Source: Dehalococcoidia bacterium
GTDB lineage: Bacteria > Chloroflexota > Dehalococcoidia > UBA6926
Length of the DNA: 64,000 nt
Direction: 5' to 3'
NCBI GenBank assembly: GCA_965206275.1
Contig: OZ242203.1
Location: 1,480,474 to 1,544,473, forward strand
The notes under the pieces were generated by a model. The model did no database searches and was not told where the DNA came from. It saw only the letters and a program-made list of their open reading frames with translations. The translations under genes and the position numbers were made by a program. Positions 39,899 through 48,628 of the stretch are shown here, piece after piece. How positions within the stretch are numbered: the first letter of the stretch is position 1; every line of letters starts with the position of its first letter.

Positions 39899-40373
39899 TG
39901 AACCTGAGCCATATTTTGATGATCTCTACCGGGACCTGATCCTGGACCACTATCGACTGCCCCGAAACAACCGCGTCCTGGACGCCCCCGATGCCGACCT
40001 CACACAGTTCAACCCGGTGTGCGGGGATGAGATTCGCCTGACTGCCCGCATCCGCGACGGCGCAATTGAGGAAATCGCCTTTGTCGGGCAGGGCTGCTCA
40101 ATCTCGCAGTCGTCCGCGTCGATGATGACGGAGGCAATACGAGGCCGCTCGTTAGAGGACGCCCACACGCTTGCTCATGACTTTCGCGCCATGATCCTTG
40201 GCGAGGATGTCGATGAGGCGGCAATGGGTGATCTGATGTCCTTGCAGGGCACATCACGCTACCCAACACGTGTCAAGTGCGCCGTCCTGGCATGGGACAC
40301 GCTTCAAAAAGCCCTCGGCGGCACATCCGGCCGTGAGGACGTCGGCTCCTCAGACCCCGACTCCGGCGGTTAA
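39879..40373 (+). CDS. sufU: SufU/IscU-like Zn-dependent sulfur acceptor
   Basis: NPVCGDEI and GQGCSISQSSASMM motifs. Overlaps sufS stop. Confidence 0.8.
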   Translation: MNSLAGSEPEPYFDDLYRDLILDHYRLPRNNRVLDAPDADLTQFNPVCGDEIRLTARIRDGAIEEIAFVGQGCSISQSSASMMTEAIRGRSLEDAHTLAHDFRAMILGEDVDEAAMGDLMSLQGTSRYPTRVKCAVLAWDTLQKALGGTSGREDVGSSDPDSGG

Positions 40374-40476
40374 TTTTAGACTTCGCGATCCGGCCTTGCC
40401 TGGTCGGTGAAGTCAGGATCCGCGTTCCGGCTTTATAAGTCCGTGAAGTCTGTCTGTATCGGTTCGTGATCCCTAA

Positions 40477-40980
40477 TCACATCATCGGACGCCGAGCCCG
40501 CCCCGTACCCGTTTCGTAGACTTCATCTGCTTGCAGATTCTTGCTCTGTGACGCTTCCACCGCGAGCCGGTCGCAGCGTTCATTCTCGGGAACGCCGGAG
40601 TGGCCGCGAACCCATCTGAACTCGACATCATGGGTATCACAGAGGTCCAGCAACTGTCCCCACAGGTCCGGGTTGATGGCCGCCTCCCTCTTGTTCCGCA
40701 TCCAGTCGTTGGCCCGCCACCGTGCCGCCCACCCTTTCTCGATGCCGTCGATCACGTAGCGGGAATCGCTGTGCAGCGTCACCCGACACCGTTCCTTCAG
40801 CGCCTCAAGCCCACGAATTACGGCGAGGAGCTCCATGCGATTGTTGGTTGTGAGACGATAGCCTGCACTTAATTCCCTGCGGCGGTCTCCGTGGATTAGC
40901 ACGACTCCGTAGCCGCCGGGGCCGGGGTTCCCCTCACAGGCTCCATCCGTATAGATAGTCACCTGCTTTTCTGATGCCAT
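40477..40980 (-). CDS. rnhA: ribonuclease HI
   Basis: IYTDGACEGNPGPGGYG, TNNRMEL and HSGVPENERCDRLA motifs. Confidence 0.9.
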   Translation of the reverse strand: MASEKQVTIYTDGACEGNPGPGGYGVVLIHGDRRRELSAGYRLTTNNRMELLAVIRGLEALKERCRVTLHSDSRYVIDGIEKGWAARWRANDWMRNKREAAINPDLWGQLLDLCDTHDVEFRWVRGHSGVPENERCDRLAVEASQSKNLQADEVYETGTGRARRPMM

Positions 40981-41271
40981 CGTCCGGGATTCTCCTGTCT
41001 GTGAGAGCTGCCATTGGATCAGGGTGAGTCGTTAGGACTCTCATCGGAAGTATAGGCATCTGCCACATGCGTCCGCTTACACGGCATAATAGATAGACAG
41101 CGCAGGGACGGTTGAGGGTTAGGTCATGGCTAAAGAGTACGGGGGCGCACGTAAACGTCGGCGTGGGTTCGGACTGCTTGAACTGAGCGTCCTGATGGCA
41201 GCTATCTGCGTCTCCGGGGCGATAATCACCCTTGCCATCGTCGGCGCATCGGCGGGTTAGAATAAACGCCG

Positions 41272-42960
41272 TCATCCAATCGTGGGGTCGTAGCTCAGTC
41301 GGGAGAGCACCTGCTTTGCAAGCAGGGGGTCAGGGGTTCGAATCCCCTCGGCTCCACCACCTCGGATGGTACTGCGAACTCCGTCGGTTAGGGCGAGTTT
41401 GGCGGTATCCGAATCGCCTATTGGGCTGTCTTCGGGCATGGGGATCGTGTAGACGATTGTCGCCTTGCCCGGCCTTACCTGAATCTCCCTGACGAATGAC
41501 CTAATGAAGGCGCGCGTCTCAGTCAGTTCGCTGGTTCGGAGATACTCACTCATATCAGCGGCGAAGGCAGTGATTGTCTCCGCCCGATCCAGCAGTTCGC
41601 GCCGTTCCGCTAATATTGCCCTGGCCTCATCGGCGGCCTGTTCGAGCTTCTCTCTGCGGTCCTTGAGTTCTCGGACGCGCTCGGCCGCGTCGGCCATCTC
41701 CATGTCGGTCGTCTCAATGACGTGCCAGATGCGTGCTAGTCGGCGTCTCACGTCCTCAAGCTCGCCCTCGATTGTTTCCAGCCGCCCACGCTGCTCATGT
41801 GCCAAGCCGTCCATCTCTTCATCGAGGACACTGACGAGACCTCGGATGTTGCCCTCAGTGAGGACGTTCTCACGGAGATTGCGAACGATTGTCTCCTCGA
41901 ACGACCTGGCATTGATGCGCGGCGTCTCGCAGGAGCCGGTGCCGGTCTTGATGATGGACTGGCAGACGTAGTAAGTGTACTTGCCGCTTTTGGCCTCGGC
42001 CGCGGTGAGGGCTTTCCCACAGAGGGCGCACGTGGCGAGTCCGCTGAGGAGGTAAGGGCTGGCGGCACGGCGCGGGTGGACGGTCATTGGCGAGCGGGCC
42101 TTCAACAGGCGGTTGACTCGTTGAAACTCCAGTTGGGTGACGATGGCGGGAAATGCGTTCTCGACGCGGACGGGCGGCGTGCCGTCCTTCGAACCTGTGC
42201 CCCAGACAAGAGTGCCGGTGTACGCTTCATTGACAAGGATCTTGTGAACTGTGGTGATCCGCCACTGACTGCCGGTCGACGTGGAGACGCCCTCGCCGTT
42301 GAGCGTCTTGGTCACGTCCATGAGTGACTTCCCCTTGAGCACCATGTCGAAGATGCGGCGCACGACGGTGTCGGCGGGCGGATCGAGGTCGAGACGGGGC
42401 CGTTTCTTCGCCCCGTCCTGCACGTAGACCCGCCGGTAGCCGAATGGAGAGCTGGATGTCACCCAGAAACCGCGTGACGCCGCCTCCCGCATTCCCCGTG
42501 TGACCTCCTGTGCCAAGTTCTCCGAGTAGAACTCATCTACGCTCTCGATGATGGCCTCCATGAGCTTGCCAGTGGGGGTGTCGTCGGCATGCTCGGTGAT
42601 GGAGACGACGCGGACACCCTTGCGGCGGAGCATGGACTTGAAGGCGACGGCGTGTTCGCGCTTGCGGGTGAAGCGAGAAAACTTCCAGACAAGAATCTCC
42701 TTGAAGGGAGCGTCCGATGCAGCAGCCGCATCGATCATCTTTCTGAACTGTGGACGGTCAGCGATACGCCCGCTCTCGGCCTCATCGATGTACTCGCGCA
42801 CGACGGTCTGGCCGTTCTTTGCCGCGTAATCCCGCAACGCCCTCAGTTGAGCCGCAACGGATAGATCAACGTCCTGCCGGTCGCTGGACACCCGTGCATA
42901 CAAAGCGACAGGCTCATACGTATCGCCTTGCGGCATTGTTGCATCAGTATTCTGCTTCAA
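41272..42960 (-). mobile_element. large serine recombinase (integrase); ORF extends antisense across tRNA-Ala
   Basis: N-terminal resolvase domain with catalytic LYARVSSDRQD, recombinase domain, Zn-ribbon CALCGK...YYVC and a coiled coil. The last ~29 codons are the reverse complement of the tRNA (EGIRTPDPLLAKQVLSRLSYDP). Confidence 0.85.
41284..41359 (+). tRNA. tRNA-Ala (anticodon TGC) with encoded CCA; integration site of genomic island
   Basis: GGGGUCGUAGCUCAGUCGGGAGAGCACCUGCUUUGCAAGCAGGGGGUCAGGGGUUCGAAUCCCCUCGGCUCCACCA. G3:U70 pair, anticodon loop UUUGCAA. Confidence 0.9.
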
Positions 42961-43332
42961 TGCAGGCCTCCTTTTAGTTCATTTGGCACGGTTGAGCTAC
43001 ATCTATACTTGTCATAACTATACGAGAGCAGTCAAGGCCACGAGGGACATCAACAAATAACTGCATACCGAAGTCTGATGGGGGCTTGCTCTGTTCCTGT
43101 CAGGCGACTGATTCGCGGCTGACAGTCGATCGAATAATTGGCAAGCGCCATCTCTTATCTGAAGTCAGGAATAACACACTACGAGTATGCGTACAGTGCC
43201 TCGCTGGGCCGGGTCAGGCGTTCCCAGGGACGCGTTCTATCCGTCCGCCCCCGATCCGGGCTCGGCTCTGGGGAGGACTTGCTCTCCGGCTCCGGATGTC
43301 CTCGATCTGCTCGCTGGGAGCCGATAGGGTGT

Positions 43333-43510
43333 CAATTCGAGCTTGATTGCCAAGAATACACGATAACTGCACGGATATAGAGGGTCGAAAAGCACAGAGA
43401 TGCCACACGGGCTCTGTATCGTGAAAAGCGGTACACCCAACGCGGTGGAGGGGGGTTTATCTGGCATTCGACCGGTGTGCTAACGCAGGTGAGAAGCGGA
43501 GACCTCATCC
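43333..43510. repeat. copy A of conserved ~170-nt intergenic element (divergent promoter region recombinase <-> mpaB-like)
   Basis: ~75-80% identical by eye to 48425..48600 (aatacacgataactgcacggatatagagg...ctgtatcgtgaaaag... versus aatacacaataactacacggataaaagagg...ctgtatcgtgagaag...). Confidence 0.7.
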
Positions 43511-43569
43511 CAAAACCCGTTCGCTATCCCGTGGGTCGAATGCCTCCCTAATCCCTGAACCCCCCGCCA

Positions 43570-43621
43570 TTCTTGATTCCGCGCAGGGTCCCTTCTGGGT
43601 AGAGCTCTGCGCGGAATCAAG
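43570..43621. promoter_or_regulatory. perfect 16-bp inverted repeat (tcttgattccgcgcag / ctgcgcggaatcaaga) with 20-nt loop
   Basis: Read directly. No downstream T-tract, so it is not a classic intrinsic terminator. Lies ~100 nt upstream of the 43718 start. Confidence 0.5.
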
Positions 43622-43717
43622 AACCTGTACAGGCGCGAGACGGCCGACTGCTTCCGATCCGCCTGTATTTGACCTTCGGCGGTCTGTAGAACCGCGCAGC
43701 AGACTGGAGGACTCTCA

Positions 43718-44905
43718 GTGACAGCCGCTGCCGAACCCCTGAAGATTCCCTCTGCCTACCTTGAGGGCTACAGTCGGGCTCGCGAAGTAGATCCCGAACT
43801 GGCGGAAATCTACATCCGGCACACGCTTGTCACCGACCCGCTCGCTGACGCCGCCATGGAGGCTCTCAGCAACCATGAGCCGACGCGGGCACAGGCGTTC
43901 ATTCAGGCGGGTATGGACGGCGACTACGAAACTCTGCGCAACGCCCCTCAGGCGTTGAGAACGTTCTTCGACTCGCTTGACCCGCCCGAGGGCATGCTCG
44001 ACCCAACAAGAGTCATGCCCGGCATCCGCGCCTTCCACAAATACTCCGACGTGTACTTCCTTGGCCTGCTCATCGACTCCATCGTCACCGGCTTCAGTAC
44101 CAACATAAGCAAGTCCTTCCATATGCGGGGCCGACTCGCGGGAAATCTCCGCCGCCTCAGGCAGAACACTCGCCACATCGTCGAGATCACCCTCCCGGGG
44201 GGGCTTGACCGCCACGGTGACGGCTGGAAGCTGACCATTCGCATCCGACTCACGCACGCCCGCGTCCGTCGCCTGCTTCTCGATTCGGGCGAGTGGGATG
44301 TGGCGGCAGAGGGGTTGCCGCTGCACGCCGCTCACATCGCGCTTGCCGCCAGCGGCTTCTCTGCCAACAGCATTGAGGCGGTGGGCAAGCTTGGCATCAA
44401 GATGAAGTCCCAGGAGCGCGACGATCTCATGCATATCTGGCGCTATACCATCTGGCTCCTAGGTGTCCCCGAGGAGATCTTCTTCAACAACGTCGAAGAG
44501 GCCATGCACCTGAAGGAGATCGGCTACCTCTGCGAACCGCGCCCGGACATCGAGTCCTCCGCCATGGCGCACGCCATCATCACCGCCGTCCCCGATCTCA
44601 TGAATATCACCGACCCCACACAGAAGAAGAAGGTCACGAGCGCAGTCTTCCGGGCCTCTCGTGCCCTCATCGGCGACGAACTCGCCGATGCCCTCGACTA
44701 TCCGAAGCAGTCGACCTTCGGGGCGCTGGCGCTCTTCCGGGCGCAGCGGCGGCTGCAGATGCTTGCGGCGCGCTTCATCCCCGGCGTCACCCCCCACTCC
44801 TTCAATAACTTTGCCGGGCTGCTCCAGCGCTCCGTCTATGACGAACACGGCATCAGCTACCGCCTGCCCGACGCCGTGAAGGATTCCGACTCGACTGCCT
44901 GGTAG
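43718..44905 (+). CDS. MpaB/DUF2236-like oxygenase family protein (tentative)
   Basis: 395 aa. RIRLTHARVRR resembles the conserved R-x-x-H-A-x-VR block of DUF2236/Lcp-like proteins. Confidence 0.45.
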   Translation: MTAAAEPLKIPSAYLEGYSRAREVDPELAEIYIRHTLVTDPLADAAMEALSNHEPTRAQAFIQAGMDGDYETLRNAPQALRTFFDSLDPPEGMLDPTRVMPGIRAFHKYSDVYFLGLLIDSIVTGFSTNISKSFHMRGRLAGNLRRLRQNTRHIVEITLPGGLDRHGDGWKLTIRIRLTHARVRRLLLDSGEWDVAAEGLPLHAAHIALAASGFSANSIEAVGKLGIKMKSQERDDLMHIWRYTIWLLGVPEEIFFNNVEEAMHLKEIGYLCEPRPDIESSAMAHAIITAVPDLMNITDPTQKKKVTSAVFRASRALIGDELADALDYPKQSTFGALALFRAQRRLQMLAARFIPGVTPHSFNNFAGLLQRSVYDEHGISYRLPDAVKDSDSTAW

Positions 44906-44964
44906 CGCCTCGTAACGGCCTGCTCCGGGAGGCCTGCCCGAATGTCCGACATAGCGCCGATTCC

Positions 44965-45840
44965 TTACCGACGAAGGCGCCGACGCAGCGCAACCACCCC
45001 CAGACCCGCGAGGATAGCGCCGATGCCGGTTATCAGGCCAATCGCCCAGATCGGCAGCCCGGAGCCGTCGACGGTCGGGGGCTGCGCGTTGGGAGTCGGC
45101 GAACTCTCGGGCTGGGTGGCCGGAGGCTCCACGACACTCAGTGTGTAGAAGATGCTGTCGTAGTAGAGGGCGCTCGGACCCTCGAAACCTGAGTCGGTGC
45201 CGACGATCAGCCAGACCCGGCCCTCGCTGTCCGAATTGACGCTCAGTGGCAGGTCTATATTGTCCAGGGTCTTGATCCGGTACTCCCTGTTCACCACGTC
45301 GGGGTGAGCCACATCGCCCACGACAACCATCGATTGACCGCCGTTGGCCTGGTTGCCCTTGTCGATGTTCATCCTGAGCCACCGGTTGCTGTCCTCTTCA
45401 GTCATTGGCTCGACGCTCGATACCCCGGCCTTGACGTAAACGCTCTCGCCGGGTGAGCCGCCTATGCCGAACAACCCGGCCGGTACGTTGGTGGCCATAT
45501 CAATGGATACATCCACCGCGTATGTCGTGTTCGGCATCAGTCCGCCAACCTGCCTCTTCAGATACATGAAGAGGTCGTCACTGCGGTTGTGTCCCTGGAC
45601 GTAGACGCCATTGCCTTCGAGCCCGTCTGGAAGCGAGCGATGCCCCTGACCGAGCTCGAAGATCTCCTGATCATAGTCCACGGGCAGGTCTGCGAACCCG
45701 ACCGTCCAGCCCTCGGCACCGCTCTCGAAGTCGAAGCTGAAGTCAATTCGTGTTCCATCCTGCGCAAGCACCACCAACGGGACGGACAGCATGGTCATGA
45801 TGACGAATACTGCAGTCGGCAGCACCCGCCATATGGGCAT
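44965..45840 (-). CDS. exported hypothetical protein with signal peptide, T/P-rich linker and C-terminal TM anchor
   Basis: MPIWRVLPTAVFVIMTMLSVPLVVLAQ signal peptide and C-terminal LPIWAIGLITGIGAILAGLGVVALRRRLRR. Confidence 0.5.
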   Translation of the reverse strand: MPIWRVLPTAVFVIMTMLSVPLVVLAQDGTRIDFSFDFESGAEGWTVGFADLPVDYDQEIFELGQGHRSLPDGLEGNGVYVQGHNRSDDLFMYLKRQVGGLMPNTTYAVDVSIDMATNVPAGLFGIGGSPGESVYVKAGVSSVEPMTEEDSNRWLRMNIDKGNQANGGQSMVVVGDVAHPDVVNREYRIKTLDNIDLPLSVNSDSEGRVWLIVGTDSGFEGPSALYYDSIFYTLSVVEPPATQPESSPTPNAQPPTVDGSGLPIWAIGLITGIGAILAGLGVVALRRRLRR

Positions 45841-45933
45841 GACGCAGCGTGGGCTTCGGACTGAGTTCTTCAACATATCCTCCGGGCGGCTGCAACTAGG
45901 AACGCCTGCTGGACACACGCCATGGACGCGGAG

Positions 45934-48324
45934 CTACTCTCTTTCACTTTGAGAAATCTCCGGCGCCTGTTGCAGGGGCTTCTCCATCCTGTAGCCGACG
46001 CGGGGCTCAGTGTGAATGTAACTGGGGTTGTCGGCGTCGTCCGCCAGTTTGTGGCGAAGATTTCTGATGAATGTGCGTACGGGACCGGAGTGGCCTGCGT
46101 GTCCCGGCCCCCATACCCGTTGCAGCAGGTGGTCATGGGTCAGCACGCGGCCAGCGTTGACCGAAAGCTCTACGAGTAGCCGGTACTCGATATCAGTCAA
46201 CCGGACTGGGCGTCCCGCCAGGTGGACCCGTCGCTCGGTGTAGTCGATGATCAGATTCCCCAGCCGGTAGGGTTCCGATGGCTCGGCCAGCTCGGGCGCT
46301 GCCCGTCGCCGCAGGGCCGTCTGGACCCTCGCCACGAGCTCAGTCGGCGAGAAGGGTTTGACTACGTAATCGTCTGCGCCGGCCTCCAACGCTCTGGCGA
46401 TGATCTGATCCCTGCCATAGGCCGACAGGAAGATCACGGGCACGTCAGAAAGCTCCGGGATGCTCTCCAAGAGTTCTATTCCGTCCGCTCCCGGCAGCAT
46501 CAGGTCGAGCAGCACCAGGTGCGGCCTCGCCTCCTCCACGAGACGGGCCACCTGTTGCGGGTCGCCCGTCACTATTGGCTCATATCCGGCATTCGCGAGC
46601 GCGTCCCGGACGAATCTGAGCGTCTGCGGGTCGTCATCCACCGCCAGAACGCGCGGCCGCTCCCGCCTCATCCTGCGGGTGCTGGTTGAGGCGCCGGGGG
46701 CGATGACCGGTACTGCGTGTCCGGCTTCTAGGACGACGGGTAGAGTGAACGCGAATCGGGTCCCCATGCCCGGTCCCTCGCTCTCTGCCCAGATGCGCCC
46801 CCCGTGTGCCTCCACTATCCCCTTGCAGATCGCAAGGCCCAGGCCCGAGCCGGCAATGCCCTCCCCACGCTCGTCCCCGTCGACACGTGAGAATTTCCTG
46901 AACAATTGGGGCATGAGGTCGGCGGACAAGCCTCTGCCGTCGTCGTCGACGCTGAAAACAACCTGAGCTTCGTCCTGCACGGCGGCTAACCGGATGACGG
47001 ACGACTCGGGAGAGTTCCTGGCTGCGTTGGTCAGCAGGTTGCCGATGACCTGGACGATGCGCCGCCGATCCGCCATCACCGCGGGCAGGTCCGGCTCGAC
47101 GTCAATCTCCATATTGTCTCTGCCTCCACCGCTGAGGAACGAACTCCTGGCCTGATCCACCAGAGCAGCGGCATCGGACGGCTCGGCGGAGACCGACAGC
47201 GTGCCCGACTCGATGCGGGCCATGTCGAGCAGGTCGGTGATCAGCGCGCTCATGTGGTTGGCCTGCTGCTCAATGATCTCGAAGAACAGGTCCATCTCCG
47301 CCGGGTCCAGCGACCTGGCCGACTCTTTCAGAGTTGTGGCGGACCCTTTGATGGAGGTGAGCGGCGCCCGCAGCTCGTGGCTCACGATGCCCAGGAACTC
47401 GGCCCGCTGCCTATCCATCTCCTCCAGCGGTGTCAGGTCCTGTATCGTGACGACGACGGACTCCACGTCGCCCTCATCCTTGCGGATGGGCGTGGCGTTG
47501 AGCAGCACGGTTACACTCCGGCCGTCCGGGACCTCGATGACGATCTCCTCGGCACGAACCGTCTCCGCCTCGCTCATCGCCTGTGCCAGGGGAAACTCCG
47601 CAAGGGAGAGCTCCCGCCCGTCCGCCCGCCGGGCCTTCGCCGTCTCCATTAGCCGCTCCAGCGGCTGATCCGGGTCTTGCAGGGCGTCGATGATCCTCGC
47701 GGCCTCCCGGTTGAACGACACGGGGGCTCCGGTGTCGGCGTCGAGCACGACGACGCCCACGGGCGAGGTGTTGACCAGCGTCTCCAGATTGGCCCTGGCA
47801 CGCCGCTCGTCCCGGTGCCTGCGGGCGTTGGCGATCACCAGCGCCGCCTGGGACGCGAACATGACGAGGGTCTCCTCGTCCTCCCGGCTGAACTCCTGAC
47901 CGGGACCGCTACGGGCGAGGTAGATGTTGCCCACGCCCTCTCCACCGTGGCGGATGGGCGCGGCGAGGAAGGAACTGACCGGCACGGGAGGGCGAAATTC
48001 GGGAAGACCCAGGGAGCTCATGTGGGCACTGAAATCTGCGAGTCGCAGCGGGTCGGGCATGGCGCTCAAATGCTCCAGGAACCGGAAACCCTCCGGCAAC
48101 TCCCATAGCCGCTCGGCCTCCTCGGGGGTCAGGCCCGCTCCCAGGAAGTCCTGCAGGCCGCCTGAATCGTCCAGCACGACGAGCACGCCGTAGCTGGCGC
48201 CGGTCAAGGACCGGGCGCTTTCGAGGACCTCCTGCAGCACCGTGTCGAGGTCGAGACTCTCGTTGATGCGCAGGCTGGCCTCGCTGAGCCGTGTCAGGCG
48301 CTCCCCCAGGGACCGGTTTTCCAT
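45934..48324 (-). CDS. sensor histidine kinase (GAF-PAS-HisKA-HATPase) fused to a complete OmpR-type response regulator (REC plus winged helix)
   Basis: H-box IVSHELRAPLTSIKG, G-box GSGLGLAICKGIVEAHGG, REC RVLAVDDDP...LLDLMLPGADG, and C-terminal Trans_reg_C (RLTDIEYRLLVEL...EPRVGYRM). Confidence 0.85.
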   Translation of the reverse strand: MENRSLGERLTRLSEASLRINESLDLDTVLQEVLESARSLTGASYGVLVVLDDSGGLQDFLGAGLTPEEAERLWELPEGFRFLEHLSAMPDPLRLADFSAHMSSLGLPEFRPPVPVSSFLAAPIRHGGEGVGNIYLARSGPGQEFSREDEETLVMFASQAALVIANARRHRDERRARANLETLVNTSPVGVVVLDADTGAPVSFNREAARIIDALQDPDQPLERLMETAKARRADGRELSLAEFPLAQAMSEAETVRAEEIVIEVPDGRSVTVLLNATPIRKDEGDVESVVVTIQDLTPLEEMDRQRAEFLGIVSHELRAPLTSIKGSATTLKESARSLDPAEMDLFFEIIEQQANHMSALITDLLDMARIESGTLSVSAEPSDAAALVDQARSSFLSGGGRDNMEIDVEPDLPAVMADRRRIVQVIGNLLTNAARNSPESSVIRLAAVQDEAQVVFSVDDDGRGLSADLMPQLFRKFSRVDGDERGEGIAGSGLGLAICKGIVEAHGGRIWAESEGPGMGTRFAFTLPVVLEAGHAVPVIAPGASTSTRRMRRERPRVLAVDDDPQTLRFVRDALANAGYEPIVTGDPQQVARLVEEARPHLVLLDLMLPGADGIELLESIPELSDVPVIFLSAYGRDQIIARALEAGADDYVVKPFSPTELVARVQTALRRRAAPELAEPSEPYRLGNLIIDYTERRVHLAGRPVRLTDIEYRLLVELSVNAGRVLTHDHLLQRVWGPGHAGHSGPVRTFIRNLRHKLADDADNPSYIHTEPRVGYRMEKPLQQAPEISQSERE

Positions 48325-48424
48325 GTCTCATCCCCATTCCGGGCCGGGCTCTGCGGAATTCTTGTGCCTCGCCGGCGCCCGGATGGCCTCATGTTGGTCG
48401 TTGAGGACCGGTTTTGGGGCGAGT

Positions 48425-48600
48425 GTAGCGAATTTATTGAAAATACACAATAACTACACGGATAAAAGAGGTTGCAAGACACAGAAATACGACACACGCG
48501 CTGTATCGTGAGAAGCCAGTACTCAAGCGTGACGGGATAGTTTCACCTGGGATTCAACCGGTCGACCAATGGAATCGGGGCGGCGAGGCTGAGTCCCATG
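48425..48600. repeat. copy B of conserved ~170-nt intergenic element (divergent promoter region HK-RR <-> giant protein)
   Basis: See copy A. Ends ~30 nt before the 48629 ATG. Confidence 0.7.
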
Positions 48601-48628
48601 AAGGCTTCTAGAGAGACGTGCAAACCCG

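Noticed and set aside
41126-41224. Short pilin-like ORF MAKEYGGARKRRRGFGLLELSVLMAAICVSGA with a GAGGG RBS between rnhA and the tRNA
   Set aside because: Only 32 codons before TAA. Too short for a prepilin; the resemblance to a class III signal peptide is probably fortuitous.
43214-43467. Antisense mini-ORFs (43214..43408, 43237..43467) whose peptides resemble those at 48294..48497
   Set aside because: The similarity is explained by the underlying ~170-nt DNA repeat. No RBS, and the frames are not preserved between copies.
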